From positions 256,001 to 320,000 of the forward strand of contig CAVQGX010000031.1 of the NCBI GenBank assembly GCA_963712115.1: DNA of 64,000 nucleotides, in the 5' to 3' direction. Source of the DNA: an uncultured delta proteobacterium (GTDB lineage: Bacteria; Desulfobacterota; Syntrophobacteria; BM002). A program made the position numbers and the translations under genes. Shown here one piece after another: positions 28,726 through 38,759 of the stretch. A model generated the notes under the pieces. The model was given only the letters and a program-made list of their open reading frames with translations, was not told the DNA's origin and did no database searches. Every line of letters starts with the position of its first letter. Positions within the stretch are counted from its first letter, which is position 1.

Positions 28726-29511
28726 CTAATGAGCCCCTTTGCTCCCCCTGAACAAAAACCCCGTGAGCAGACCTGCGGCAATGGCAATCAGGCTGGCCAG
28801 TACCCCGTAGAGGCCGCCATGCTCAAAGGCAAGAGTTGACAGCATTGCGGGCAGACCAACCTCATCAACCTTCAGATGGTCGGTGGTCCTCGCCACAATA
28901 TTCCCCTGGTTGAGGGCGAAGATCTCCACACTGTAATCCCCGGGAGGGAGGCGAGGAGGCATGGAGAGGGTTGCAGCAAAAGGTTTGGTGGAACCCTGAC
29001 TTTCACCGTAGTGAACGGCGTCGTTTCGAACCCCGTATAGACCTTCACTTCTCTTCAGCTTCAGCAATTCCTCCAGGAGAGCGTGCTTGTCCGCGGGGGT
29101 TGGGGTGATATCCACCTGACTCTCAAGAGAATTGAGGCTGACCTCTTGAACTCCCGGCTCCCCTGGGTTCAACCGCGCCATATCTTCGAAAGACTTTGCG
29201 GTAAAGAGCAAATAGACATTAGGCAGCTGATGGAAGGTCACGGTTTCGAGATTCATCCACAAGATGCCTAGAACCCTGCCTTTTTTCTGGAATTCCAGGT
29301 CTTGCCGCTTTCCCTTAACCCTGATCACCACTTCGCTTTTGCCAGGTATCTCCCCGGTGACAGAGACTCGCTCGCCATTGTAGAAAGCGCCAATGTGAAT
29401 CACCGATGGATCTAGCTTTACCTTGAAGTTCACGGCTGTCCCGGCAAGGGTTGGACTGCACAGCAGGCCAGCAAGCAAAAGAAACATTCCGGTGATGAGT
29501 GGTCTGAACAC
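28726..29511 (-). CDS. TIGR02186-like TauE-associated membrane-anchored protein
   Basis: GTG at 29511 coupled to the TauE stop; I.IGAFYNG, KKGRVLGILWMN, C-terminal TM YGVLASLIAIAAG. Confidence 0.78.
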   Translation of the reverse strand: MFRPLITGMFLLLAGLLCSPTLAGTAVNFKVKLDPSVIHIGAFYNGERVSVTGEIPGKSEVVIRVKGKRQDLEFQKKGRVLGILWMNLETVTFHQLPNVYLLFTAKSFEDMARLNPGEPGVQEVSLNSLESQVDITPTPADKHALLEELLKLKRSEGLYGVRNDAVHYGESQGSTKPFAATLSMPPRLPPGDYSVEIFALNQGNIVARTTDHLKVDEVGLPAMLSTLAFEHGGLYGVLASLIAIAAGLLTGFLFRGSKGAH

Positions 29512-29512
29512 C

Positions 29513-30442
29513 TTAATGCCCTCCTTTATAAGCCAGCATAACATGGGGGGTGACGAGCAGGTCAAATAGCATTTTGACCATTACCAGGAGAACGAGTGAC
29601 GCCAGGAAGATCTTTAACTGATCACCTTTCAACCGCTTGCTTATTTTCGCGCCGAATTGCGCCCCTAGGGTGGAGCCCAACAGCAGGATGAGCGCCAAAA
29701 TAAAGTCCACGGTATGATTGGTATAGGACTGCATAATGGTCACATCAATGCAGGTAAAGAGAATTTGAAAGAGACTGGTGCCGACCACCACGTGCATGGG
29801 CATTCTCAGAAGGTACACCATCACGGGCACCATGATAAAACCGCCTCCGACGCCCATGATTGCCGCAAGAACTCCGACAAAAGTCCCCAGGACCAGGGGC
29901 ATCAGGATAGAAAGCCGAATGCCCGACTTGTCAAAATCAACCTGCCAGGGAAGTTTATTTACCAGCCGGGCATACTTTGATTCCTTCTTTGCTGCAACCA
30001 CAGCCACCTTGTCTTTCTTCAGCGCCTGCAGACTCTCAACGAACATGTAGAAACCAACAAATCCCAGCATCAGAACATAGGTCACTTTAATCAGGAAATC
30101 AGCATTACCCAGCTGACGCAGTATCTTGATGACCTGCACCCCCATGGTGCCGCCTATCACTCCACCTATTAGCAGGACAATGCCCATTTTGAAATCGACG
30201 TTGCCCAGTCGATAGTGGGCCAGAGTGCCTGAGGTTGAGGCTCCAACGATCTGGTTTGAATCGGAGGCTGCCGCAACTGTGGGAGGAATACCGGCCATAA
30301 TCAACAGGGGTGTCATCAAGAAGCCACCCCCCACCCCAAAGATTCCTGAAAGGATGCCGACCATCCCGCCCATGGCAAAAATCAAAAGTACGTTCACACT
30401 ATTTCCGGCGATGGGTAAGTACAGGTGCCAGAGCATGCTCAT
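29513..30442 (-). CDS. Sulfite exporter TauE/SafE family protein (1)
   Basis: GILSGIFGVGGGFLMTP; second repeat AAIMGVGGGFIMVP; VVGTSLFQI. Confidence 0.92.
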   Translation of the reverse strand: MSMLWHLYLPIAGNSVNVLLIFAMGGMVGILSGIFGVGGGFLMTPLLIMAGIPPTVAAASDSNQIVGASTSGTLAHYRLGNVDFKMGIVLLIGGVIGGTMGVQVIKILRQLGNADFLIKVTYVLMLGFVGFYMFVESLQALKKDKVAVVAAKKESKYARLVNKLPWQVDFDKSGIRLSILMPLVLGTFVGVLAAIMGVGGGFIMVPVMVYLLRMPMHVVVGTSLFQILFTCIDVTIMQSYTNHTVDFILALILLLGSTLGAQFGAKISKRLKGDQLKIFLASLVLLVMVKMLFDLLVTPHVMLAYKGGH

Positions 30443-30879
30443 CTCCTTTTTGGTTTCGTCGCAACAGCTCTTTCATGAACCACCTCTATTCGGCAGTTGA
30501 TCCTGTGTCGAATATTCTCCAGCACATCAACAAACTCTCCCCCACTACCCTTCTCCTTGGCCAAGGGAAAACCGACCACGAGCAGGGTAATTCCGTTCTC
30601 TTCTATGAACTTTATGAGCTCTCCTTCATAGGTGCCGTGGGTAATGTAGTAGTCCACCACAACACCTTCCGAACGGCCTTCATCAATAAGTGCCTCGACT
30701 TTTTTCCTTGCCGCTGCCTCCATTTCTTCCTGGAGGTCCTCCTGGGTCGCGGCCATACCCGGGTTGATCACCAGGAGAATATAAACCTTGGCCTTTATCC
30801 GCTTCCCCAGGTTTATCGCATGGATGGGAGCCCACAAGGTCATGGCGCTGGCATCCATCCCAACTAGAATTTTCTCCAT
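30439..30879 (-). CDS. USP-like protein, first gene of TauE operon 1
   Basis: ATG at 30879 (RBS GGAGG) MEKILVGMDAS; LLVVG; CRIEVV. Confidence 0.8.
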   Translation of the reverse strand: MEKILVGMDASAMTLWAPIHAINLGKRIKAKVYILLVINPGMAATQEDLQEEMEAAARKKVEALIDEGRSEGVVVDYYITHGTYEGELIKFIEENGITLLVVGFPLAKEKGSGGEFVDVLENIRHRINCRIEVVHERAVATKPKRR

Positions 30880-30911
30880 TAGTTCCTCCAAAACGGTAGA
30901 AAGTACTATGG

Positions 30912-30926
30912 GCAAGATTGGTGCCA
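30912..30926 (-). promoter_or_regulatory. sigma54 promoter of TauE operon 1
   Basis: Minus strand TGGCAC-CAATC-TTGC, consensus. Confidence 0.85.
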
Positions 30927-30943
30927 AAAATTATTTAACATAA

Positions 30944-30956
30944 TATCAATAGCTTA
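30944..30956 (+). promoter_or_regulatory. IHF site
   Basis: TATCAA-TAGC-TTA matches WATCAANNNNTTR; lies between the sigma54 promoter and the enhancer boxes. Confidence 0.6.
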
Positions 30957-30987
30957 GAGTTTTTCAGGCGAGAAAATAACTGTCCCA

Positions 30988-31087
30988 GTTTCATAATGAA
31001 ACGACAAGGGAAAGCCAGGGGTTAAAGAATCATGGATATTGGTATTGATGGCTCTTCGGACGGTAATGGGATGTTTCATTATGAAAA
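30988..31087. promoter_or_regulatory. Paired enhancer (UAS) palindromes for a sigma54 activator
   Basis: GTTTCATAATGAAAC (30988-31002) and GTTTCATTATGAAAA (31073-31087). Confidence 0.7.
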
Positions 31088-31125
31088 ACAGGTGGTGCCC
31101 AGAGGGGACGGTGTGAGGAAAGGTT

Positions 31126-32478
31126 TTACTTTTCTTCCTGGAGGCCGTAGTGTTTCATTTTCCTCCACAGGGTGGTGCGCGGCAGGTTCAGGATCCTGGC
31201 ACTCAGGCTCTTGTTGTGGCCGGTCTTGGCGAGAACCCTGGCAATATGCTGTTTCTCAATTTCCTCGAGGGTCAGCAATCCTTCACCCTCAAAGGTTCTG
31301 AATTCCAGTTTTTGCATGTCCGGAGGGAGGTCCCTTAACTGGATAACTTCATCTTCACTAAGTGCGACGGCCCGTTCGATGATATTCTCCAGTTCGCGGA
31401 CATTCCCTGGAAAGCTGTAGTTCATCAGAATATCCATGGCCCGGTCGGCAATGCGACTGATTTTTTTGCCAAAAGCACGGCTGTACTTCTCGATGAAGTA
31501 GGAAACTAGCAAGGGGAGATCCTCCTTTCTGTCTGCTAGCTTGGGAATATACAAGGTCACCACATTGAGGCGGTAGAAGAGGTCCTCGCGAAAGGAGCCC
31601 GCGGCAACGGCTTTCTTGATATCTTTATTGCTGGCGGCAATTAACCGAATGTCCAGGTCGATTGACCGAGTGCCGCCAACCCGCAGGATTCGTTTTTCCT
31701 GAATGACGTGTAGCAGTTTTACCTGCATTGACTGTGGCATTTCGCCAATTTCGTCAAGAAAGACAGTGCCACCGGCTGCGGTTTCGAACAGGCCGATCTT
31801 GGTGGCCACCGCTCCTGTGAATGCCCCCTTTTCGTGGCCGAAAAGTTCGTTGCTGATTAACTCCTCGGTGAATCCCCCACAGTTGAAGGAGACGAAAGGG
31901 TGCCTATTCCTTGGGCTAAGGGCATGAATGGATCTAGCGACCAACTCCTTGCCGGTTCCACTTTCTCCCTGGATGAGCACGTTGCAATCAACCACTGCAA
32001 CCTTCTTGATCATGGCAAACACTTCTTGCATGGCCGGACTGTTGCCAATGAAGTCTTTGAGAACGTCTCTCTTTGCCAGAGTTTCCCGGAGACGCCGGTT
32101 CTCTTGACGGAGCTGTGTCTTTTCCAGGGCGCCCCTGGCCAGCAACCGTATCTCTTCTAATCTGATTGGTTTGGTGACATAGTGGTAGGCCCCCCCCTTG
32201 ATTGCTTCGATTGCCGAGTCGATAGCTCCGTGCCCTGTGATAACCACTACCTCAGCATCCACATGCTGTCTTTTGATCCTTTTCAGGATTTCCATGCCAT
32301 CCACATCGGGGAGACGGAGGTCGGCAAAAACCAGATGGAAGGGTTCCTGGTCCATGCGTTCCAGAAAGGGATTCCCGGCTAGGAAACACTCAACCGTGTA
32401 ACCCTCCTTGCTCAATGCCTTCTGGAGATGCTTGCACACCGTCACTTCATCATCGATGATCGCTACTCGCATACTCAT
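31126..32478 (-). CDS. sigma54-dependent response regulator (REC-AAA+-HTH), EBP1
   Basis: REC; GESGTGKE; [13 protein letters not shown]; FLDEIG; FREDLFYRL; Fis-type HTH. Confidence 0.95.
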   Translation of the reverse strand: MSMRVAIIDDEVTVCKHLQKALSKEGYTVECFLAGNPFLERMDQEPFHLVFADLRLPDVDGMEILKRIKRQHVDAEVVVITGHGAIDSAIEAIKGGAYHYVTKPIRLEEIRLLARGALEKTQLRQENRRLRETLAKRDVLKDFIGNSPAMQEVFAMIKKVAVVDCNVLIQGESGTGKELVARSIHALSPRNRHPFVSFNCGGFTEELISNELFGHEKGAFTGAVATKIGLFETAAGGTVFLDEIGEMPQSMQVKLLHVIQEKRILRVGGTRSIDLDIRLIAASNKDIKKAVAAGSFREDLFYRLNVVTLYIPKLADRKEDLPLLVSYFIEKYSRAFGKKISRIADRAMDILMNYSFPGNVRELENIIERAVALSEDEVIQLRDLPPDMQKLEFRTFEGEGLLTLEEIEKQHIARVLAKTGHNKSLSARILNLPRTTLWRKMKHYGLQEEK

Positions 32479-33902
32479 GAATCACCCTGGACTTGGCGCT
32501 CTCCCACCGGCAGGAAAACCGAAAAGGTGGTGCCCACATTCACCTCGCTTTTTACCTCGATGTAGCCCCCATGTGTCTTGACAATGCTGTAGGTAACAGA
32601 CAGACCGAGCCCGGTTCCCCGCCCCACTCCCTTGGTAGTAAAGAAAGGGTCGAAGATATGCTCCAGGTCTTCCGGCTTGATTCCTATGCCTGTATCCCTG
32701 ACATCGGCCCTGAGGTAATCTGGCAAATCTTGGCTTGCCGCAACCTCAATGGAGCCACCCCCGGGCATGGCTTGGATAGCATTGAGGAGAAGGTTGAGAA
32801 ACACGTGCTGAAGGTTGCGCAGGTTGCCTCTGATGGCGGGCATGTCGCCCGGGATCTTCCTCTCCAGGCTTATCCCGGCCAGCATGATCTGATTTTTCAC
32901 CAGCTTGACCGTGCTGTCGATCACCGCAGCGATGCTCAGATCTGTAAAGGATGGTCGTTCATTCCGGGAAAAATCCAGGAGGTTTTTCACAATATCACCC
33001 GCTCTGTCCGCCTGATTGAGGACATCAAGGATGAGTTCATTCGCTTCGGCGTCGGAGAGGGTGGTATATTCTTCTAGCAAGGTCTCGGCGGTCAGGTAGA
33101 TGTTATTGATAGGATTGTTAAGTTCATGGGCAATGCCTGAGGTAAAGGTGCCTATGGCCGCAATTTTGCGCGATTGCACCACTTCCTCCTGCCTCGACTC
33201 AATCTCGCCAGCCATCTTGTTGAAGGCAGCGGTGAGCTCGGAGATCTCGTCCTTTCTGCTTGCCTCATAGGGGATGGGCGTGTAGTTGCCCCTGGCGACA
33301 TCTTCGGTGGTGCGTTGAATCAGGGCCAGGGGTTTGAGGATGTTTTTTACCACTAGCCGAAAGATCAGGGCAATGAGTAAGACTAGACTGCCCGCGAAGG
33401 CTATGGGAATACTGAGCGTACGTTTCAGCGCTCGGTGGATTCTCTCACGTTTGATTCTAAGAAGGTTCTGGGAAAAAACAACCAGCTCTTTTCCTTTTGC
33501 CCGAATCTTTGCCACCTCAATCTGACTGGCCTTCCCCTCTATTCGGTTTAGGTTTTCTTCCATCATGCCCTTATAGCTGTCCAGATTACTCCTAAACCTC
33601 TGAAGTTGCTCTTCACCGATAACTGTAGCTATATCCACAGCAAGTTTGGCAGTTAGCTCTTTGGTTTCACCGATGTAGGATATGTTTTGGTTGAGACTGT
33701 CCCTATCCCTATAGAAGAGGAAGTTCTTCTCGTAGCGTCGGATCTCAAGAATATCATTGAAGAGATCCTCAAAATTCTCGGCGATAGCCAATCTCCTCTC
33801 AATGGAGAAAAGATTCCAATAATAGAAAGCGGTAAGGATGACCACAAAGGCCAAGCAGGCGACAAAAACGGCAACAATCCTCCCCCTGATGGTGTTCAGC
33901 AT
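32475..33902 (-). CDS. HAMP-domain sensor histidine kinase, HK1
   Basis: Two TMs, LEIRRYEKNFL periplasmic motif, HAMP, AHELNNP, FDPFFTTK..GTGLGL; ATG at 33902. Confidence 0.93.
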   Translation of the reverse strand: MLNTIRGRIVAVFVACLAFVVILTAFYYWNLFSIERRLAIAENFEDLFNDILEIRRYEKNFLFYRDRDSLNQNISYIGETKELTAKLAVDIATVIGEEQLQRFRSNLDSYKGMMEENLNRIEGKASQIEVAKIRAKGKELVVFSQNLLRIKRERIHRALKRTLSIPIAFAGSLVLLIALIFRLVVKNILKPLALIQRTTEDVARGNYTPIPYEASRKDEISELTAAFNKMAGEIESRQEEVVQSRKIAAIGTFTSGIAHELNNPINNIYLTAETLLEEYTTLSDAEANELILDVLNQADRAGDIVKNLLDFSRNERPSFTDLSIAAVIDSTVKLVKNQIMLAGISLERKIPGDMPAIRGNLRNLQHVFLNLLLNAIQAMPGGGSIEVAASQDLPDYLRADVRDTGIGIKPEDLEHIFDPFFTTKGVGRGTGLGLSVTYSIVKTHGGYIEVKSEVNVGTTFSVFLPVGERQVQGDS

Positions 33903-34175
33903 CTTTCCTGCTCCTGTCTCATTTCCAGGCAAGTTTGATCTTAGCAAAGGGTATAGAAAGATACAAGCGAGGCACAATTGCTCAATATTTCGGTCCCGCT
34001 GATTTTTACATTTGGGGATACTGTGAGCCCGGATGAAATCTGGCTAAATTGGCTCGGATCTATAGCGGAATGCTCGTTAGTTCGAAAAAACCATAAGAGC
34101 GTGACAAACGAATGAACATTAACATTGCGCCCGCTTTTTTCACTGGATCGAAGAACGAATCTCTAGTTTTTCTCC

Positions 34176-35534
34176 CTAGCGGACAATGTATTTCAGAAAG
34201 AAGGTGGAGATGGACAGGTAGATGAGAATCCCGGTTATGTCATTTGCAGTGGTGACAAAAGGCCCGGAGGCCACTGCTGGATCGACTCCCAAGCGCTTGA
34301 AGATGATGGGTACCAGGGTACCCATTAGTGAAGCAACCACGATGGCCGCTGCCATGGCACTGCCCACGGCAAATCCCAAAAAGGGATTGTGATGCCAGAT
34401 TTCGGCAATGGCTCCCAGGGTAAAACCACAGGCCAGGGCCATGAGCAGACCCACCCTGACTTCCTTGAAGATAGTACGGCCAAGCCTTTGCAGGTCAACA
34501 TCACCTGTGGCCAGACCCCTTACGGTGATGGTGGATGACTGGATGCCCACATTACCCCCCATGCCGGTGATTACCGGGACGAAGGTAATGAGGACTATGG
34601 CATCGTGCAGGGCGACCTTAAAGATCCAGAGGAGGTAGCCGGTCAACAAGCCCCCGAATAGGTTGGTGATAAGCCAGGGTAACCGGAGTCTGGAAATTTT
34701 CCAGATCTTATCTCCGTAGACCAGCTCATCTTCATGGCTGCCAACCATGCGGAGAATATCCTCGGAGACCTCTTCCTCAATGATATCCATGATGTCATCA
34801 ATGGTGATACGGCCAACCAGAGTGCCATCCTCTTCCACCACCGGAGCCGAGAGCAGGTCATATTTCTGGAATATGCGGGCCACATCTTCCTGATCCATAT
34901 CTACAGGAATGGACTGGAAATTTGTCTCCATGACCTGGGAGACTTTATCCCCGGGCTTTGCCAGGATGAGCCTCTTCAGGCTCAGTTGTCCAAGAACTCT
35001 AGACTGGGAATCGATAACGAAGACGTTGGTCAAGTAGTCGAGGTCCTCACCCAAGAGACGGACTCGATCAATAGCCTCAGCAACAGTTGCCTCCTGCGGC
35101 GCAGCCAAAAGCTCTGCCTGCATGATGCCACCGGCCGTTTCTTCCCCGTGAACGAGGAGCCGCCGCACGTGCTCCGAGTCCTCGGCGTCGATGCGAGCCA
35201 GCACTTTCTCGACCACTTCCTCAGGCATGCCGGTAAGAAGGTCAGCAGCATCATCCGAGTCCATCTCGTCCACGATTTGGCCGAGACGTCGATGAGATAG
35301 GTCAGAAAGAATCTGCTCTCGGGAGAATTCCGAGAGGTGAGCAATCACCTCTGAGGCGACCTCGGTATTTAACTTTTGGAAAACTGCTCTCTTTTCTTCT
35401 TCTTCAAGTGATTCTAATAGATCGGCTATGTCAGCGGAGTGGAACTGGGCGAGCATCTCCACCGCAGCATCAATCTGCTGTTGGTTCAGATATGAATTGA
35501 GTCTGGCTATGGTCTCAGTGCGATCTGGGATCAT
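34176..35534 (-). CDS. mgtE: Magnesium transporter MgtE
   Basis: MgtE_N, CBS pair, RLPWL, GMGGNVGIQS, DPAVASGPFVTTAND. Confidence 0.95.
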   Translation of the reverse strand: MIPDRTETIARLNSYLNQQQIDAAVEMLAQFHSADIADLLESLEEEEKRAVFQKLNTEVASEVIAHLSEFSREQILSDLSHRRLGQIVDEMDSDDAADLLTGMPEEVVEKVLARIDAEDSEHVRRLLVHGEETAGGIMQAELLAAPQEATVAEAIDRVRLLGEDLDYLTNVFVIDSQSRVLGQLSLKRLILAKPGDKVSQVMETNFQSIPVDMDQEDVARIFQKYDLLSAPVVEEDGTLVGRITIDDIMDIIEEEVSEDILRMVGSHEDELVYGDKIWKISRLRLPWLITNLFGGLLTGYLLWIFKVALHDAIVLITFVPVITGMGGNVGIQSSTITVRGLATGDVDLQRLGRTIFKEVRVGLLMALACGFTLGAIAEIWHHNPFLGFAVGSAMAAAIVVASLMGTLVPIIFKRLGVDPAVASGPFVTTANDITGILIYLSISTFFLKYIVR

Positions 35535-35566
35535 GATTGTATCACCCTTCCATCAATTGCCGCGCT

Positions 35567-35595
35567 AATGTACGCCTTTTGCGAAACGTCGTCAA
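35567..35595 (-). promoter_or_regulatory. sigma70 promoter candidate for mgtE
   Basis: Minus strand TTGACG-17 bp-TACATT. Confidence 0.5.
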
Positions 35596-35727
35596 GAAAG
35601 AGTTAAGTGAATATTTCTCATCAATTGTGACCTAGTCGTCGTCCCGCCGTTGGCGCTACTCCTCAGAATGACAACCGATAAGCGGGGGTTCCGGATGGTC
35701 AATAGTTAATCCGGGGGGCAGTAAATC

Positions 35728-35830
35728 GTTACAATTTGCAACTATTTTTTCTCCCGGAGCAACAACTGGTAAGATATTGATATAAATTAATAATATTATA
35801 TAATGACATGCCATCGTTACAATATGTAAC
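35728..35830. promoter_or_regulatory. Paired enhancer (UAS) palindromes upstream of TauE operon 2
   Basis: GTTACAATTTGCAAC (35728-35742) and GTTACAATATGTAAC (35816-35830). Confidence 0.7.
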
Positions 35831-35909
35831 ATTATATAAGTTTTGTCCAAGGCCATGAAATCGATCGATAATCAAATGATATCGATAGTATAGAGCTATT
35901 CTCCCACAT

Positions 35910-35924
35910 TGGCACGGTTGTTGA
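35910..35924 (+). promoter_or_regulatory. sigma54 promoter of TauE operon 2
   Basis: TGGCACG-GTTG-TTGA (-12 GA variant), correct spacing. Confidence 0.75.
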
Positions 35925-35981
35925 ACTGTTGTTAGGGCAAAGAGCAGGATAAAACACTTGAAGATAAGAGGAGGATAGAAA

Positions 35982-36155
35982 ATGAGTATCAGAGAAAAGC
36001 TTGAAAGGATCATGATGGCGATTACCTTCGCCGAGGCAGGGCAGAGTGAAACAGCCAGGGAGTTTCTCAAAGAGGAAAAGCGGCCCCGTTTGAGCAAGCG
36101 CACCGACAAAAGAACAAAGCCCCGCGCGCAAATGCGCTCCCCATCGATGAATTAA
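35982..36155 (+). CDS. 57-aa small protein with AITFAEAG motif (below the ORF-track cutoff)
   Basis: Strong RBS GAGGAGG; MSIREKLERIMMAITFAEAGQSETAREFLKEEKRPRLSKRTDKRTKPRAQMRSPSMN; first ORF after the sigma54 promoter. Confidence 0.8.
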   Translation: MSIREKLERIMMAITFAEAGQSETAREFLKEEKRPRLSKRTDKRTKPRAQMRSPSMN

Positions 36156-36210
36156 ACAGCCGGATGAGATTTAGCTTGTCAGAATATTGCCCATTTAAGG
36201 AAGGAGGACT

Positions 36211-36519
36211 ATGGTGTCCAAGAAAAGGAATAAGCAGGTAGGGAAAACACTTCTTTTCGGTTTGTTGTCAATAACCCTTTACGCCGCCGTATTTTCTCAT
36301 GGGACTGCGGTGGCGCACTTCTTTGCTCGGGGGGCGTGGTATGCCATTCTCCCGATCATAACAGTTTTTCTATTCTCCTTTGTCCATGGATCATTTGCCA
36401 GTCATGTCTGGACCCTACTGGGCATTGAAGCCAGGAAGACTGCACAGCATCGGCCCGAGAAGCGAAAGGCTCCCTCCAAGAGGAAGCAGCCCAGGCCTCG
36501 ACTTCAACTCCGTGCTTAG
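36211..36519 (+). CDS. Small membrane protein with basic C-terminal tail
   Basis: RBS GGAGG; two hydrophobic segments, FSFVHGSFA motif; tail KRKQPRPRLQLRA. Confidence 0.8.
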   Translation: MVSKKRNKQVGKTLLFGLLSITLYAAVFSHGTAVAHFFARGAWYAILPIITVFLFSFVHGSFASHVWTLLGIEARKTAQHRPEKRKAPSKRKQPRPRLQLRA

Positions 36520-36676
36520 TATTAGAATTCTAGCAGATTCTCCATGAGGGAGATGACGGGGGTCCCAGACGGAACCCATTCATCTCCCTCCCGTTTGGTC
36601 AAGTCGGCCTTGACAGCTTCGGAGGATTTTCGGGCTAGCACTAACCCCTATCAATACATTCAGGGAGGAATGGTAA

Positions 36677-37753
36677 ATGCATGATATAGCAGCGAATTTT
36701 ATCCACTTGAACTGGCTATCCATTGTTTTCCTCTTTCTCGTGGGCTTCGTCGGTGGTCTGGTGAGTGGTTTTATTGGATCCGGCGGGGCCTTTGTCTTGA
36801 CGCCCGGAATGATGAGCCTGGGTGTCCCCGGAAACGTCGCTGTGGCCAGCAATATGTGTCATAAATTTCCGAAAGCCCTGGTGGGCGCCTACAAGAGATT
36901 CAAATACGGCCAGGTCGACCTCAAGTTGGGACTAATCATGGCCGTATCTGCCACGGTGGGCGTCCAGGTTGGCATCCAGATTCAACACTGGATTCTCGCA
37001 AAATGGGGGCCGGCCGGCTCGAATCTTTATGTAAGTCTTGCCTTTGTGGTCGTACTGGTGGTCATTGGCGGTTATGTTTTCTACGACGCTTGGAAGCTGG
37101 CAAAAACGGGCGAGGCAGCGAAAGTTTCCATTTTGGCTCTCAAGCTGCAGAAGATTAATCTCCCACCAATGATTTATTTCAAGACCGCCAATCTGAGAAT
37201 ATCCCTCTGGTTTACTGTTCCAGTCGGATTTGCCACGGGGATGCTTGCTGCCACCATAGCTGTGGGTGGTTTTATTGGGGTCCCGGGCATGATCTACGTC
37301 GTTGGCGCCTCGGGGCTGGTTTCCTCGGCAACAGAGCTGGTAGTGGCTTTTGTTATGGGGTTGGGGGGTACGGTAAATTGGGCTTGGCATGGCATGGTTG
37401 ATATAAGGCTCACTTTAATTATTCTTGCCGGCTCTCTTTTTGGTGTGCAGCTAGGGGCCATCGGCACTACTTACGTGAAAGATTACATGATCAAGATAGT
37501 CATGGGATCTATTATGCTTATTGTCGCTGTCAGCAGGGGACTTGCCATACCGAAATATTTGACCCAGCTCAACCTTCTGACTTTGAAGGACCAGGTCACA
37601 GCAATGCTCACCAAGGCGAGCTTTGTCCTGATGTGCGTGGCCCTATCTACCGGTGCAGTAATTATCCTCGGCGCCATGTGGAAAGGAAGGCGGGCGGCAT
37701 CCTCTGCGGCAGTTGAAGAGGTGGGAACTGCGTCTGAAGTGGCGACTCACTAG
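36677..37753 (+). CDS. Sulfite exporter TauE/SafE family protein (2)
   Basis: GLVSGFIGSGGAFVLTP, AVASNMCHKFPKA, AATIAVGGFIGVP. Confidence 0.9.
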   Translation: MHDIAANFIHLNWLSIVFLFLVGFVGGLVSGFIGSGGAFVLTPGMMSLGVPGNVAVASNMCHKFPKALVGAYKRFKYGQVDLKLGLIMAVSATVGVQVGIQIQHWILAKWGPAGSNLYVSLAFVVVLVVIGGYVFYDAWKLAKTGEAAKVSILALKLQKINLPPMIYFKTANLRISLWFTVPVGFATGMLAATIAVGGFIGVPGMIYVVGASGLVSSATELVVAFVMGLGGTVNWAWHGMVDIRLTLIILAGSLFGVQLGAIGTTYVKDYMIKIVMGSIMLIVAVSRGLAIPKYLTQLNLLTLKDQVTAMLTKASFVLMCVALSTGAVIILGAMWKGRRAASSAAVEEVGTASEVATH

Positions 37754-37795
37754 GCAATAAGTCATAGATGGAATAAAAGTCTTTAGGAGATTTCA

Positions 37796-38651
37796 ATGGC
37801 AACTTTTGAGAGTATTCTGGTTTACGTTGACGGCTCGGAAGCGAGTTTAAATGCCTTGCGAGAATCGCTGCACCTTGCCCGAGCGGAAAAAAGTAAAATA
37901 ATGGCGGTATCTGTTGTCCCTCCTTATCAGGGGGATCTCAGGTTCGCCGGTCTAAGAGATATCAAGAGCTTACTGAAGGAACCTTGTGAAACCGCTCTTG
38001 ACAGAGGCAATGAAATTAGCAGAGGAAGAGTCCACTTTACTCACCACAGCGTGTATGGAGGGCGAACCTCATGAGGAGATTGTAGATCTCGCAGAGGCCG
38101 AAGGCTGTGATCTTATTGTCATGGGGATAGGCTCAGAGTCTATGGAAAAGGTCTTCGTTATGGGCAGCACCACTGCCAGAGTAATAGGCTACAGCCAGGT
38201 CGACGTCCTTGTTGTCCCGGAGAAGGCGACTATTGGCTGGCAAAATCTCCTCCTCGCTACTGACGGTTCCAAACACAGTGAAAAAGCGGCTGCACGGGCA
38301 GCGGCTATTGCTAAGTCCAACGGCGCAGAACTCAACATCGTCTCTGCCACAGATTTTGTCTGCGAGCTTTACGCTCAAGCACCGGAAGTGGGTGAAGCTT
38401 TAATCAAAAAGGCCAGGAAAACCTTGGATGCCAGCAAGAAGCGAGCTGATCTCGAAGGGTTGAATACAGAGTGTTTTGTGCGAGAAGGAGAGGCATACAA
38501 GGCAATAATTGACCTGGCGAAAGAAAAGAAAACTGAGATGATTGTCATTGGCTCCCATGGAAAGACGGGTTTAAAAAGGCTTCTTATGGGAAGTGTTGTG
38601 GAAAAAGTCATCGGTCATTCCCACTGTCCTGTACTCGTGGTCAAAGGGTGA
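37796..38651 (+). pseudogene. Tandem universal stress protein split by a +1 frameshift near 37997-38000
   Basis: ORF 37796 (MATFESILVYVDGS...PCETAL) continues in another frame as TEAMKLAEE...ATDGS...GSHGKTGLKRLLMGSV; removing one base gives one ~284-aa tandem USP. Confidence 0.8.
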
Positions 38652-38759
38652 ATGCAGTAGTTCTAACTTAAGACCAGCGATGAGGACGGCTGGAAAAATC
38701 CCGGGCAGATCAAACATAGATGTGATAATCGAGGAGCTGGCCGGGAGATCTTGCCTAAC

